Of a DNA stretch of 64,000 bases, positions 30,831-40,595 are shown in pieces. The notes under the pieces were generated by a model. The model did not search any database and was not told the origin of the DNA. It saw nothing but the letters and a program-made list of their open reading frames with translations. Made by a program: the position numbers and the translations under genes. The first letter of the stretch is position 1; each line of letters starts with the position of its first letter. Source of the DNA: a virus (taxonomy: Duplodnaviria; Caudoviricetes); IMG/VR virus record IMGVR_UViG_3300003523_000012, positions 1-64,000 of that record; one strand, written 5' to 3'.

Positions 30831-31655
30831 TTATAATTTTACACAAAGTTCTTTAGGAGTGATGCCAAACTTCTCTTTGATGAACTTGAGAGCTTCAAGC
30901 TTGATTTCAAGGCTAGATACTTCATTCTTCGGAGCAATAATGTCATCTTCAGTGTCAGCGGTGGTCACTTCAGTGTGCTTCACAGTAGCTTGCTCAATAA
31001 GAGCTTTTCTCTTGGCTTCAGCTTCAGCGAGCTTAGCGGCTTTCTTAGCTTCTTTCTCAGCTTCCTTTGCGGCAGCTTTCTCTTTGGCAACTTCTGCATC
31101 ATTCTCGGCATCAAGCTTGTTACGATTAACCGTCTCTTTCATGAGCTTGTGATATTTGTTGAACTCCTTCACACTCACTTCTTTGGAGTAGTACTTGTTA
31201 TAGATCTCTTCAGTGAAGACTTCGAGGAAGCTCTCATTTTTTGCATAGTTCGGCCAATTCTCATAGTCTTTCAGGAAGGCCTCATAGGAATCATATTTGA
31301 CTTTCAGACACTCCACAGAAGATCTGTTGACCTTAGAGGTGATGAGATCATAGTTCTCTTGAGTGTCTTCGAAGCAAGCTCCTAATCTCACAAAGTTGGC
31401 GCATCTCCAGGCCCAGTCATTTTTACCGTCGGTCATATAGCGGCCCCACTCGTTGAGGTTGTACTTCTTGCGGATCCAGCGGTCAGCATAGTTTAAACCA
31501 TCGGGGTCGATAAAGACGTCACAGTCACAAACCCAGTTCCAGTGGTCATAAGGACGAGAATTCTCGTACTTGCCGTCAGAGATTTGACTGGAAAGTTCCC
31601 AGTTGTAAAGGAGTGCAGCGCTCAAGGTATTGAAATATAATTTGTTGTTTGCCAT
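30831..31655 (-). CDS. Hypothetical early protein
   Basis: ORF preceded by promoter at 31689-31716. Confidence 0.7.
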   Translation of the reverse strand: MANNKLYFNTLSAALLYNWELSSQISDGKYENSRPYDHWNWVCDCDVFIDPDGLNYADRWIRKKYNLNEWGRYMTDGKNDWAWRCANFVRLGACFEDTQENYDLITSKVNRSSVECLKVKYDSYEAFLKDYENWPNYAKNESFLEVFTEEIYNKYYSKEVSVKEFNKYHKLMKETVNRNKLDAENDAEVAKEKAAAKEAEKEAKKAAKLAEAEAKRKALIEQATVKHTEVTTADTEDDIIAPKNEVSSLEIKLEALKFIKEKFGITPKELCVKL

Positions 31656-31688
31656 ATTTTTTATTTTTTTTTATTGGTTTACATTATT

Positions 31689-31716
31689 AATATAATTCAC
31701 TATAAATGGAGTTAAC
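31689..31716 (-). promoter_or_regulatory. GTTAA-N17-TATATT phage promoter
   Basis: Exact motif match directly upstream of the gene. Confidence 0.7.
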
Positions 31717-31731
31717 AGGAAAAAATTTTTT

Positions 31732-32259
31732 CTAGAACTCCCAGTCATAGTGCTTGTAAGGTTTGCTAGAGCAGATGAAAGGACAACTGTTGTCTCCAGC
31801 AGTATAGAAATAACCATTCTTGTGTCTACGAATGATAATGATGTCATCCTCTGTGTATTCAGGCATAGTGATCTCCCAATCTTGAGAGTAAGTCTCTCCA
31901 ACCAGCTTGGATTTCATTTTCACCACACCTACCTTATTAGGAGTGAACTCTTTGACACACTTGTACGGATTTACATCAGAGTACAAGAAATTATTGAAGT
32001 ACTTCTCTTCAGTAGGCAAAGCATCTGCTTTAAGTTTGCCAATCTTGTCAACTAGCTTGTTTTTCCACTGAGAAGCCAGGTATAAAGACCCATAAGGGTT
32101 CTCTTTATAATTTAAGTACTTATTTTCAGCCTCTTTATCTTCCGGATGATTGAAGTGATAATCAATAAGCTCATCAATCTTCTTGATCTCATCTTCTAAA
32201 GCCGGAATCTGAGAGAGGCATGATTGTTTATATTGTTCTAATCTAGTCATTTTTGCCAT
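31732..32259 (-). CDS. Hypothetical early protein (start MAKMTR)
   Basis: ORF preceded by promoter at 32288-32315. Confidence 0.65.
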   Translation of the reverse strand: MAKMTRLEQYKQSCLSQIPALEDEIKKIDELIDYHFNHPEDKEAENKYLNYKENPYGSLYLASQWKNKLVDKIGKLKADALPTEEKYFNNFLYSDVNPYKCVKEFTPNKVGVVKMKSKLVGETYSQDWEITMPEYTEDDIIIIRRHKNGYFYTAGDNSCPFICSSKPYKHYDWEF

Positions 32260-32287
32260 ATTCTTAAGTTTTAGTGTTATCAATAAC

Positions 32288-32315
32288 AATATATTTCACT
32301 ATATCAGTAATTAAC
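32288..32315 (-). promoter_or_regulatory. GTTAA-N17-TATATT phage promoter
   Basis: Exact motif match. Confidence 0.7.
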
Positions 32316-32368
32316 GAAAAAAATTTTTTTTGCTAACTATGTGATTATCAATATAAAAACCCAAAATA

Positions 32369-32468
32369 TGGCGGCAGATGGCGGTTTAGACCTTAGGAGT
32401 ATAATTATATCAGGTACTGGTTATTCCGCCATCATGCGCCGTCCTAGATATCTTAGGCGGCGAAATTT
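32369..32468. repeat. Dispersed element copy C
   Basis: GATGGCGG...CCGCCATC arms; core nearly identical to copy A. Confidence 0.85.
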
Positions 32469-32540
32469 AGGTCTACGTGCAGGCAGGAATTCTATTATAT
32501 TATACAATTATAAGTGAAAAAAGAAAAAGAAAATTTTTCT

Positions 32541-32568
32541 GTTAATCTTCCAAGAGTTGAATTATATT
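32541..32568 (+). promoter_or_regulatory. GTTAA-N17-TATATT phage promoter
   Basis: Exact motif, 30 nt before ATG 32599. Confidence 0.7.
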
Positions 32569-32598
32569 GATATTGAACAACAATAAAAAAGAATAAAG

Positions 32599-33351
32599 AT
32601 GAATAAAAATACTAAAATAGATAAAATACAGAAAGCTCTTGAGATGCTTTATGCAGAAGCTAATTCGGTCTTTCCTAGACCAATTCAGTGGAAAGAGCTC
32701 AATACTAAAGAGGTTGCAGACTGCATGGATGGCAGTCCTTCTCTCTGGTCTGCTTTCTATGTTCCTAAAGAGAGATTTGACCAAGTGATCAATTCTTTGA
32801 CTCGTGGTTGTAGATATTCTTGGAGGTGGCCTAGAAAGACTCAAATTAATGAAACTACTGGAGAGATTGTTCCAGATCCTGAATGGGATGAATATATTGG
32901 TGAATATGATATAATGGCTGCTAAGTTGGAGAAGAAAGTGATTACTCGCAAAGAGTTCAACAAGTGGCAAGCAGAAGCAGCTAAAAAGTATGGTATGCAA
33001 AAACGTAACTATGATAGAGAATCTATTTCATTCAATGTCTGGAACTTTGGTCCTTCTTGTGATGAAGATTCTTTTTTAAGACTTAAAAGAGCTTATGTGT
33101 GCAATACTATGAATAACATGCCCTTGGAAGAGGCTGTTGATAAAGCTTTCAAGAAGAGAACTTTTGAAGAAGAGTATGATTTGAGAAACCAGATTGCTGC
33201 TAATTGGGTGAACAAAGATCAAGATGAATATCTCAGTAAAGAATCTATCATGTCTGAAGTAAATAGATATAATGAGGATCGCAAACAAAGAATGATGGAA
33301 CTCATTAACCAACTCAAAAGTGTCTGGGAGGTAGTCTCCAAAAACAAATAA
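32599..33351 (+). CDS. Hypothetical early protein
   Basis: 250-aa ORF with promoter. Confidence 0.7.
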   Translation: MNKNTKIDKIQKALEMLYAEANSVFPRPIQWKELNTKEVADCMDGSPSLWSAFYVPKERFDQVINSLTRGCRYSWRWPRKTQINETTGEIVPDPEWDEYIGEYDIMAAKLEKKVITRKEFNKWQAEAAKKYGMQKRNYDRESISFNVWNFGPSCDEDSFLRLKRAYVCNTMNNMPLEEAVDKAFKKRTFEEEYDLRNQIAANWVNKDQDEYLSKESIMSEVNRYNEDRKQRMMELINQLKSVWEVVSKNK

Positions 33352-33360
33352 ATTTTTCTA

Positions 33361-33388
33361 GTTAATTTGGAAAAATAAAGAATATATT
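33361..33388 (+). promoter_or_regulatory. GTTAA-N17-TATATT phage promoter
   Basis: Exact motif upstream of 33439. Confidence 0.7.
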
Positions 33389-33438
33389 ATCAACGACGAC
33401 AACAATTAATTACTAACCTTATAAAATTTTTAAGAATT

Positions 33439-34041
33439 ATGACTAAAATCAATGTGACTGAAATGAATTCCCAAATCTCTAACGCTCAAGCTGGTCCCTG
33501 GATTTCTTACGTATGCAAGGACTCTGCTCTGATTGGACGCGCTAAGAAGCTGGCTCCAAAGGTGAATGCTATTTGCAAGGTTCTGGAACTTGACCCCGAC
33601 TCTGTCAATGTGTCATTTGATAATATCAAGCCGGTAAGTAAGTCTATGTTTGACAGAATCAACATGGATATTGATACTACCAATATCCAGATTGACTTCC
33701 ACAATGCTAGCAAGAACTCTCGTGGATTCGTCTTCTTGACTATCAACGATAATGGTGAGGCCGTAGTTGAGCAGGAATATCCTACTTGGAAGGATCTCAA
33801 GGCCGCTCTTCCGGAAATGGTAGAAGTGACTGAAGATTCTGAGTGTGTGGAACCTGAAGAGGAAGAAGTTGAGGAAGTAGAAGAGGAAGAGGAAGAAGTT
33901 GAGGTGTGTGATGAAGACTGTGACCAGTGTGAGTGCATCTGTGAAGAGGAAGAAGATGAAGTAGAAGAGCTTGGTACAGAGAAAAGAGATGAGTGCCCTT
34001 TTGAAGATGAACTTGACAACCCTTATGACGATGAAGACTAA
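33439..34041 (+). CDS. Hypothetical protein with very acidic, Cys-containing C-terminal tail
   Basis: About 70-residue E/D-rich tail. Confidence 0.75.
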   Translation: MTKINVTEMNSQISNAQAGPWISYVCKDSALIGRAKKLAPKVNAICKVLELDPDSVNVSFDNIKPVSKSMFDRINMDIDTTNIQIDFHNASKNSRGFVFLTINDNGEAVVEQEYPTWKDLKAALPEMVEVTEDSECVEPEEEEVEEVEEEEEEVEVCDEDCDQCECICEEEEDEVEELGTEKRDECPFEDELDNPYDDED

Positions 34042-34195
34042 TCCATGGGATCAAGCACACATCATATTTTATGACAATATAGAAGATATTCTTTCACTGT
34101 CAGACACAGAATCGGATGAAGAAGATGATTCTTTTGAAATCTAATACTAACTAAAGAGAGTGGGAGACTTCCCACTCTCTTTTAAAGCAACAAAT

Positions 34196-34555
34196 ATGAT
34201 TGAAGCCATAGAAACTATTAAAAGAATGTTCAAAATGTGTCTCATGCAGACCATATATCTTTCAGATAGAATCAATATGCATCGTGTTGAAGACTATACT
34301 GGCATATTTGATCTTGAAAATCATAAAAGATGCCATCAATATATTATTGACATATTTGATGCAGAAGAGCCATCAAAGATTCATTATGGTAGTTTCAATC
34401 TTGAAATAATTACTGAGATCAATAAAGGTAATGAACAAATCTGCAAAGTTACTATGTATACTCAAGTATATGGTCTTCCTTATGTGTTAGAGTTTGATGA
34501 CTTTAAGAATGCTCTTTATGATATGATTGTAAGAAGAAACAAATTTTCTAAATAA
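34196..34555 (+). CDS. Hypothetical protein (start MIEAIE)
   Basis: ORF; ATG after AT-rich leader. Confidence 0.55.
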   Translation: MIEAIETIKRMFKMCLMQTIYLSDRINMHRVEDYTGIFDLENHKRCHQYIIDIFDAEEPSKIHYGSFNLEIITEINKGNEQICKVTMYTQVYGLPYVLEFDDFKNALYDMIVRRNKFSK

Positions 34556-34569
34556 CTAAAACTATTAAA

Positions 34570-34962
34570 ATGAAAAAGATTATTGGATTTCTATGTATTC
34601 TATTTTGCCTAGTGATAACTGCACAGGCACAACATTATGTTATTCCTAAAGACTACACTCCAGCTAAAGCTACTATTGTTGGTGATGGGTTTGAGATGAC
34701 TAAAACAGTTTATGTTGATCTTGACATTGACTCTTTGTATAATTATGTAGACTTCAAAGTGATCTCTGATTCCTACACTAGTGACTGCATTAGATTTAAA
34801 GTCAATTACATGACTGATTCTGGCCATTGTCTTCATCTAGACAAAAGCTCTACTTTAGTCATTGATGAGACTATGCTAGGCAATGAGTACAAACTGACTA
34901 TCAGAGATACTTCTCAAGATGAGTACTCTAAGATGGTATTTCTCTTTTATAGATACGACTAA
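34570..34962 (+). CDS. Secreted protein (signal peptide)
   Basis: MKKIIGFLCILFCLVITAQA-Q signal, Bacteroidetes-style Gln after cleavage site. Confidence 0.65.
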   Translation: MKKIIGFLCILFCLVITAQAQHYVIPKDYTPAKATIVGDGFEMTKTVYVDLDIDSLYNYVDFKVISDSYTSDCIRFKVNYMTDSGHCLHLDKSSTLVIDETMLGNEYKLTIRDTSQDEYSKMVFLFYRYD

Positions 34963-34965
34963 ACG

Positions 34966-35068
34966 TTAGGATGGCGCCTGATGTCGGAATCAAAACGGGA
35001 TGATAAATTTATCATCCCGTTTTTGTTTGTGTCCCTAGGGCGGCCTAGGATATGCCTATCGGCGAATT
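34966..35068. repeat. Dispersed element copy D (inverted relative to B), 32-bp palindrome
   Basis: aaaacgggatgataaa|tttatcatcccgtttt; reverse complement of copy B. Confidence 0.9.
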
Positions 35069-37118
35069 ATTTGGATTTCGTACCAGCTTTAGATTTGCTT
35101 CCAGTGTTCTTTGATGCTGTGGCTTTTGGCTTGTTGTTAGTTGTTCCAGTAACATTCTTTCCAGACATCTTGCTGCCATATGCAGCTTCAGCAGCAATAG
35201 TTGAAATGACATCAGTGTCATTAGTTCCAAACCATTGATAGAAATATTTTGTCACTCTTTTTAATTCTCCAGCTAGCTCTGTGTCTTTCTTTGCTTTAGC
35301 AGATGTTTCAGTATTTAGATATGGTATTGGTGTTTCAGATGAAGTTATTCCAAGTTTAGTTTGTGTATAATTATAATAGCTTGTAGCATCTGATGGGTCT
35401 TTTTGGCTTAATTCTGCTTTTACTGGTGGCAATATGTTTTTTACGTTTCTTTCTCTTTCTTGCTTCTCTAACTCAATAGCCTTTTCTTGTTGTATTTTTT
35501 GAGCATTTATTGGATCTGCAGCTTTGTACATCTCAAGAACTTCTCTATCAACTGGAGTGTAGATCCTATCATCACCTTGCATAAACATATGCTCAATCAT
35601 TGTGGAGTCTCTTGATTTTCCATGTTTCAGTTTGCATGTCACTCTTATTCCAGTTGGAAAGTCATCCAATCCAAGTGGACCATATTGTTCAACTGTAGCT
35701 CCATCAAGAATAAGATTACCAATAGACATGATTGGGTTCCATGGATTACCAACAGTGAGGTGCCAGAATCCTACTGGGGCTGGTGAGAGCAATGAGTTTA
35801 CAGCATTCTTTTGAGGTCTTCCTAAAGCATTAAGACCAGAGCCTAGCAAAGCCGAAAATATTCCTTTTGCTAAAGTTGCGGCAATGTTTTTCAAATCTGT
35901 CAAAAAATTTCCAGATCCACCACCAGCAGTCTTGAATATAGTTTGTCCAGACTCTACAAAAGCACCAACCACATCTGAGAATGATGAGTCACCATTAAGT
36001 TTATATATAGGAAGATTGGCAAACACATTAGATTGTGATGGGCCACTCCCGTGATAAGCACCACCCCAGAATGCACCATTAGCATAAGTGACTGCAAGAA
36101 TATTTCCTAATAAGTCAAGAAATGCCATTTTAGGATTGATACCATCATAAGAGCGAAGCTCATAGTCAAAAGTTAGATTTATTTCATGATTGAAATCAAG
36201 ACCAACACCTCTGATATGTGTTTTATTTATAACATCCAATGGTCCATACACTTTATTTCCATCCATATGTCCTCCTGTATATGGTGGATCTGTGCTGGTT
36301 CCCATTTTATCAGCAAATTTCCCTATTCCTCTAGAGGCCCAACCAACTGGTCCTTTCATCATGTTCATATATTGTACTGGAGCTCGGCCAGCATAACCAC
36401 GTACCATTTGATCACGATACTTGTTATTACCCATAACATTCAAAAATGTTCCAATTGGTCCACCATTGTCTCCACCTCCGCCTCCACCTTGCTCCATAGT
36501 ACCAGATTTTTCTTCAAATGGCATTTTGACATCCCATTTCAAAATTCCAGACATCTCATTTCCAGGTGTGCCTAACCATGTCACAAGTCTGCCAACATCT
36601 GGATTGTGTTTCTCAGTCTCTTTGTATGTGTTGTCATTATGTACAAATGGATTAGTGTAGTTTATGTGGTCTCCAGCTGGGAATGGAAATCTTCTTAATG
36701 TTATAAGATAGTTGTTAGGAACTTTTCCAAGATGCTTGCAATACATGAAGTCAGCATAAGAGTATACAGCACGTCCTAACATATTGTTTTGGCTAGCTTC
36801 TACTAGAGCTTTTATAGAACAGTCTTTTCCTCTACGAGCAGTAGCTCTAATTTCAGGAGAGTCTAGCAATGGAGCATTTTGTCTTACCTGCATAAATTGG
36901 TTATATCCAACAGCATACACCGGGTTGAACAATGACTTTATGCTAGTGTTTGGCAAAGCAACATCTTCTTCTGGTTTTTCACTTACTTCCATTTTCTGAA
37001 TTGGTGCAGTAAAAGTACCCCAGTTTCTATAAGTGTTGAGGTTCTTAAGATCTTCTGCATCAAACAGATCTGCTCTTCTGGTATTGTTGAAATTGAAAAA
37101 TGGTCCTATTGATGACAT
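35067..37118 (-). CDS. Putative baseplate/tail-associated structural protein
   Basis: 683 aa at the end of the baseplate operon; WHLTVGNP.NPIMSIGNL motif. Confidence 0.55.
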   Translation of the reverse strand: MSSIGPFFNFNNTRRADLFDAEDLKNLNTYRNWGTFTAPIQKMEVSEKPEEDVALPNTSIKSLFNPVYAVGYNQFMQVRQNAPLLDSPEIRATARRGKDCSIKALVEASQNNMLGRAVYSYADFMYCKHLGKVPNNYLITLRRFPFPAGDHINYTNPFVHNDNTYKETEKHNPDVGRLVTWLGTPGNEMSGILKWDVKMPFEEKSGTMEQGGGGGGDNGGPIGTFLNVMGNNKYRDQMVRGYAGRAPVQYMNMMKGPVGWASRGIGKFADKMGTSTDPPYTGGHMDGNKVYGPLDVINKTHIRGVGLDFNHEINLTFDYELRSYDGINPKMAFLDLLGNILAVTYANGAFWGGAYHGSGPSQSNVFANLPIYKLNGDSSFSDVVGAFVESGQTIFKTAGGGSGNFLTDLKNIAATLAKGIFSALLGSGLNALGRPQKNAVNSLLSPAPVGFWHLTVGNPWNPIMSIGNLILDGATVEQYGPLGLDDFPTGIRVTCKLKHGKSRDSTMIEHMFMQGDDRIYTPVDREVLEMYKAADPINAQKIQQEKAIELEKQERERNVKNILPPVKAELSQKDPSDATSYYNYTQTKLGITSSETPIPYLNTETSAKAKKDTELAGELKRVTKYFYQWFGTNDTDVISTIAAEAAYGSKMSGKNVTGTTNNKPKATASKNTGSKSKAGTKSK

Positions 37119-37435
37119 TACTCATTAAGATGTTTTTGTCCAGATATAGTATTTCTGACTCTCTCTACTATAGCTTTAAAGAAATAATCCCAAGAGAGAT
37201 ATTGTATAAAGAATCCATAGAACATGGCTTCAAAACTACGATGGAATGCATAGTACATGATTGCACCAAGCACAATAGCAACTCCAGTTGCAATGCATCT
37301 CTTTATCCAAGTAGTTAGAGTCTCTTTTAATTTTGTCAAGTACAAACACTCTAGTATAAACCATGTTATTACATTGCATAATATGATATACAAGAAATCT
37401 ATACTTCCAAGAATTGTGTCAATCACAGTTGTCAT
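37118..37435 (-). CDS. Holin-like membrane protein
   Basis: 105 aa, three hydrophobic segments, basic C-terminus. Confidence 0.5.
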   Translation of the reverse strand: MTTVIDTILGSIDFLYIILCNVITWFILECLYLTKLKETLTTWIKRCIATGVAIVLGAIMYYAFHRSFEAMFYGFFIQYLSWDYFFKAIVERVRNTISGQKHLNE

Positions 37436-37716
37436 TTTTTAAATTCTATTTTTATATGGTCTTTTAGTTTGAACTTGTCTTGCTTGACTAGCTCCATATC
37501 ATCATCAAACTGTCTGTAATAGACCTCAGCTTTGTCATACACTTTTTCTGTCTTCACTATATTCTTCAAAGCACTGATAAGGTCTTCACTCTCATACAGC
37601 TCAGTGATCTCAGCTTCATCAGTGTACCAAACAATTGGATAAGTGTTCAAAGCTACTTGAGAGTATAGCAGATCACTATCTTTAGTTGGTGACACTATGT
37701 TCATTACATACATCAT
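37432..37716 (-). CDS. Hypothetical protein
   Basis: Overlap-coupled ORF. Confidence 0.6.
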   Translation of the reverse strand: MMYVMNIVSPTKDSDLLYSQVALNTYPIVWYTDEAEITELYESEDLISALKNIVKTEKVYDKAEVYYRQFDDDMELVKQDKFKLKDHIKIEFKK

Positions 37717-40583
37717 ATCTTCTTTCTTATCTTGAATGCACCATCTCTGCTTTCACAATGCTCTTCATTGCCATATTGATAGTGTAGATTTATATTATAA
37801 TAACCAGGGGTAAGAACTCTTGGTTCAAATTTACCTATATAAGGTTCCATAAAGTCAATGCTTGTAGTGCTTTTGTATATTGGCATATGATTTGCACCAA
37901 ACTCTGGAGTGAATGCTTTATACTCAATTGTGTTCTCCATTGTAGATGAGTTCAAGAACTCCCATACAATCTCATTATGGTCTTTATATGTTCTTTTCAA
38001 CTCAGGAATAGCTACCATTAACTCTGAAGGAAGTACTTCACAATTGTTCTCTTCTACTTTAACAAGCTTGTGGAAAATAGGAATGAATCTGTCTTCATCA
38101 ACTAGTTGGAAGAAATTACCTTCACATTTCACTTTGTTCTCAGCTAATCCATAAGGTACATTATTTGAGTCATACTCCAAATGATACCAATTATAGTCTG
38201 GATATACTCTCACATCCATTGGATGGCCAAAGACTTCTATATGAGCATAATCAGCTATCTTATAAGTGTTTATACTTCCAGGTATGCCATTTGAGCATAT
38301 CACTATTACATACATCAAGCCTTCAATTTGTATGATCTTTACAACTGCATCATCTTCACCACGATAGAATTGGTTATCGTATAATATTACGGCTTTATTG
38401 TTTATAGTGAAATATTTTCTAATTCCAGTTATGACATTCATTGGAGCACCCAATATACCAGCACTGTCAATATCTGTGTAAATGTTTCTCTCAAACCACC
38501 AATATTCTGGATGGTTAGATTCTAACTGAGACACTGTGACTGTATTAGCTGAAATACCATCAACTTTAGCATCAGGAGAGTTTCCAGAAGTAGTGAATAT
38601 GATGACATGATTCAAGCCGGTGTTCTTTTGCATGTTAAGTATGTCTGCACAAATGTATTGTGAGCATGCAAGGCTTTCTGGCTCAAATGTCTGAGTGAAC
38701 ATGTAGTCATTTATATCATAAGAGTATTCTCCATTAGATATAGTGACTGTGCCACCAGCATCTGGATCTGTCGACACTTGGATCTCAAGATCTTTGTACT
38801 CTTTAGGATCAACTCTTTCTACTTTATAAATGTGAATTGGATTGTCTGCATCATCTAACACATTGATAATGAACTCTCTAGAGTATATGAAACTTTTAGT
38901 GGAAGTGAATGTCACAAAAAAATGGTATCTTCCAGCATTCTGGAAGAGCAGATTGAAGTTGAACTCATATTTCCAGTGACCAGTTAGATTGCCATCTTCG
39001 TCTTCAATCTCAATTGGCTCGATCCAAGTAGCATTGTCTACATAGTCAAACAGTTGCTTTGAGTCTCTTACCCAATGTATCTCAGCAGACTTTATTGCAT
39101 CATCTCCAGCCACATTAGAAGTTATCTTTACATCAATAGGGACTAATGCACCAAATTTATGTATTATATTTGCACCAGAGAACACGAATTCCCATGGAGT
39201 GCCACTTCCTGCAAATGCATTCTGTATATAGCTTGTGTCTGCTTCAGTGTCAACACCAAGAATGCTCACTTCATCATAGTATCTTGAGTCATCTTGGACT
39301 CTATCCATTCTAAGTATTGCACCAGAGTCAAAACGAGTTGGACCATACCCTCTTCCATCATTTGAAGTGTCATCATCAATCACTCTATCAAACTCTTTGT
39401 AACCAAGAATTGTTCTTGAGTTCACATACACATCTTGAGGCTTTATGTAATAGTTAGCTTCTTTCTTGACACTTGACAAGAAATTGTTGCATCTGTCTAT
39501 ATAGTCTTTTCTTTGAAACACCCCAGAAGAGATGATCTTTATAGTGTTTGTGAAGCAAATGTCTTCTATTGTAGAATGGATCAAGTCTAAATGGAGTGGC
39601 ATGAAGTAAGTTGAGAAGAAGTTCCCAACTAAAGTCATTTTCAAAGAAAGATCTAAAGCACTCCATATAGTTGACACTCTGTCAAGTATTGGATTATCCT
39701 GTGCAAGTGGATCACTAGGGTTCTCATCAAACTCAGTAGGAACATAATCTCCTATTGCATCAGTATCATGTTTTATTTTCTCTAATGCAAGATAAAGTCC
39801 TGTATATGTAGTCTTAGAGAGGACTGACAACTGCTCTCTGAACCTATCATTTAGAATCTGCTCTAAATCATTAGAGATGAGTATGTCTTTGTTGTAGTGT
39901 ACTTTCCAGAACTCCATGATCTTCACTAGATCTCCATACTCAAAGAACTTCATTGAGTTGACTAGAGACTTGTAGCTGCCTTTGTTTGCTACAATGTTCC
40001 AATACTCTAGAAGAAGCTCTTTCCATTTTCTATTCACAAGTATGTTGTCCATAGCTTCTTCATGGACATTGCTCTCATAAATAGCTTTCTGGATCTGCAT
40101 AGGAATCTCAATCCCAAGATTCTCTAAGTCATTAGTGATAAGCTCATTCTCTGGATAGAAGTCAGCTCCAACTTGAATAGGCTCACCATTGATTTCCACT
40201 TTAACAATATATTCTCCAGTAGATGAAGAGAAAGTATAGACAAAGAATCTGTACAAGTAAACTCCATTGTAAGATATTCCTTGAAGAGTCAAAGAAGAAA
40301 CTAAAAAATTATTGATATTATAGTAATCAAACCCATTCAAGTTCTCTATCTGGGTTGGATCAATAGTCTGAGTTGGATCATCTGGATTGGCTCTAGACAT
40401 GAAATCCATAAGCTTGAAATATGGATTGTCTTCTATAGTGATATTCACACTAGGCACATCAGAGATGAACACAATCTCTTTGCAATAGTTTATGTTGGTT
40501 GATTGTCCTTCATCAAACCAATGCACATACTTTCCAGTTCCATCAAAAATGTCTCCAGTTTCTATGTCTATGAATTTTAGCAT
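37713..40583 (-). CDS. Baseplate wedge subunit (gp7-like)
   Basis: NKGSYKSL..SMKFF motif; follows gp6-like gene. Confidence 0.6.
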   Translation of the reverse strand: MLKFIDIETGDIFDGTGKYVHWFDEGQSTNINYCKEIVFISDVPSVNITIEDNPYFKLMDFMSRANPDDPTQTIDPTQIENLNGFDYYNINNFLVSSLTLQGISYNGVYLYRFFVYTFSSSTGEYIVKVEINGEPIQVGADFYPENELITNDLENLGIEIPMQIQKAIYESNVHEEAMDNILVNRKWKELLLEYWNIVANKGSYKSLVNSMKFFEYGDLVKIMEFWKVHYNKDILISNDLEQILNDRFREQLSVLSKTTYTGLYLALEKIKHDTDAIGDYVPTEFDENPSDPLAQDNPILDRVSTIWSALDLSLKMTLVGNFFSTYFMPLHLDLIHSTIEDICFTNTIKIISSGVFQRKDYIDRCNNFLSSVKKEANYYIKPQDVYVNSRTILGYKEFDRVIDDDTSNDGRGYGPTRFDSGAILRMDRVQDDSRYYDEVSILGVDTEADTSYIQNAFAGSGTPWEFVFSGANIIHKFGALVPIDVKITSNVAGDDAIKSAEIHWVRDSKQLFDYVDNATWIEPIEIEDEDGNLTGHWKYEFNFNLLFQNAGRYHFFVTFTSTKSFIYSREFIINVLDDADNPIHIYKVERVDPKEYKDLEIQVSTDPDAGGTVTISNGEYSYDINDYMFTQTFEPESLACSQYICADILNMQKNTGLNHVIIFTTSGNSPDAKVDGISANTVTVSQLESNHPEYWWFERNIYTDIDSAGILGAPMNVITGIRKYFTINNKAVILYDNQFYRGEDDAVVKIIQIEGLMYVIVICSNGIPGSINTYKIADYAHIEVFGHPMDVRVYPDYNWYHLEYDSNNVPYGLAENKVKCEGNFFQLVDEDRFIPIFHKLVKVEENNCEVLPSELMVAIPELKRTYKDHNEIVWEFLNSSTMENTIEYKAFTPEFGANHMPIYKSTTSIDFMEPYIGKFEPRVLTPGYYNINLHYQYGNEEHCESRDGAFKIRKKI

Positions 40584-40595
40584 TTAGTTTTTTCT

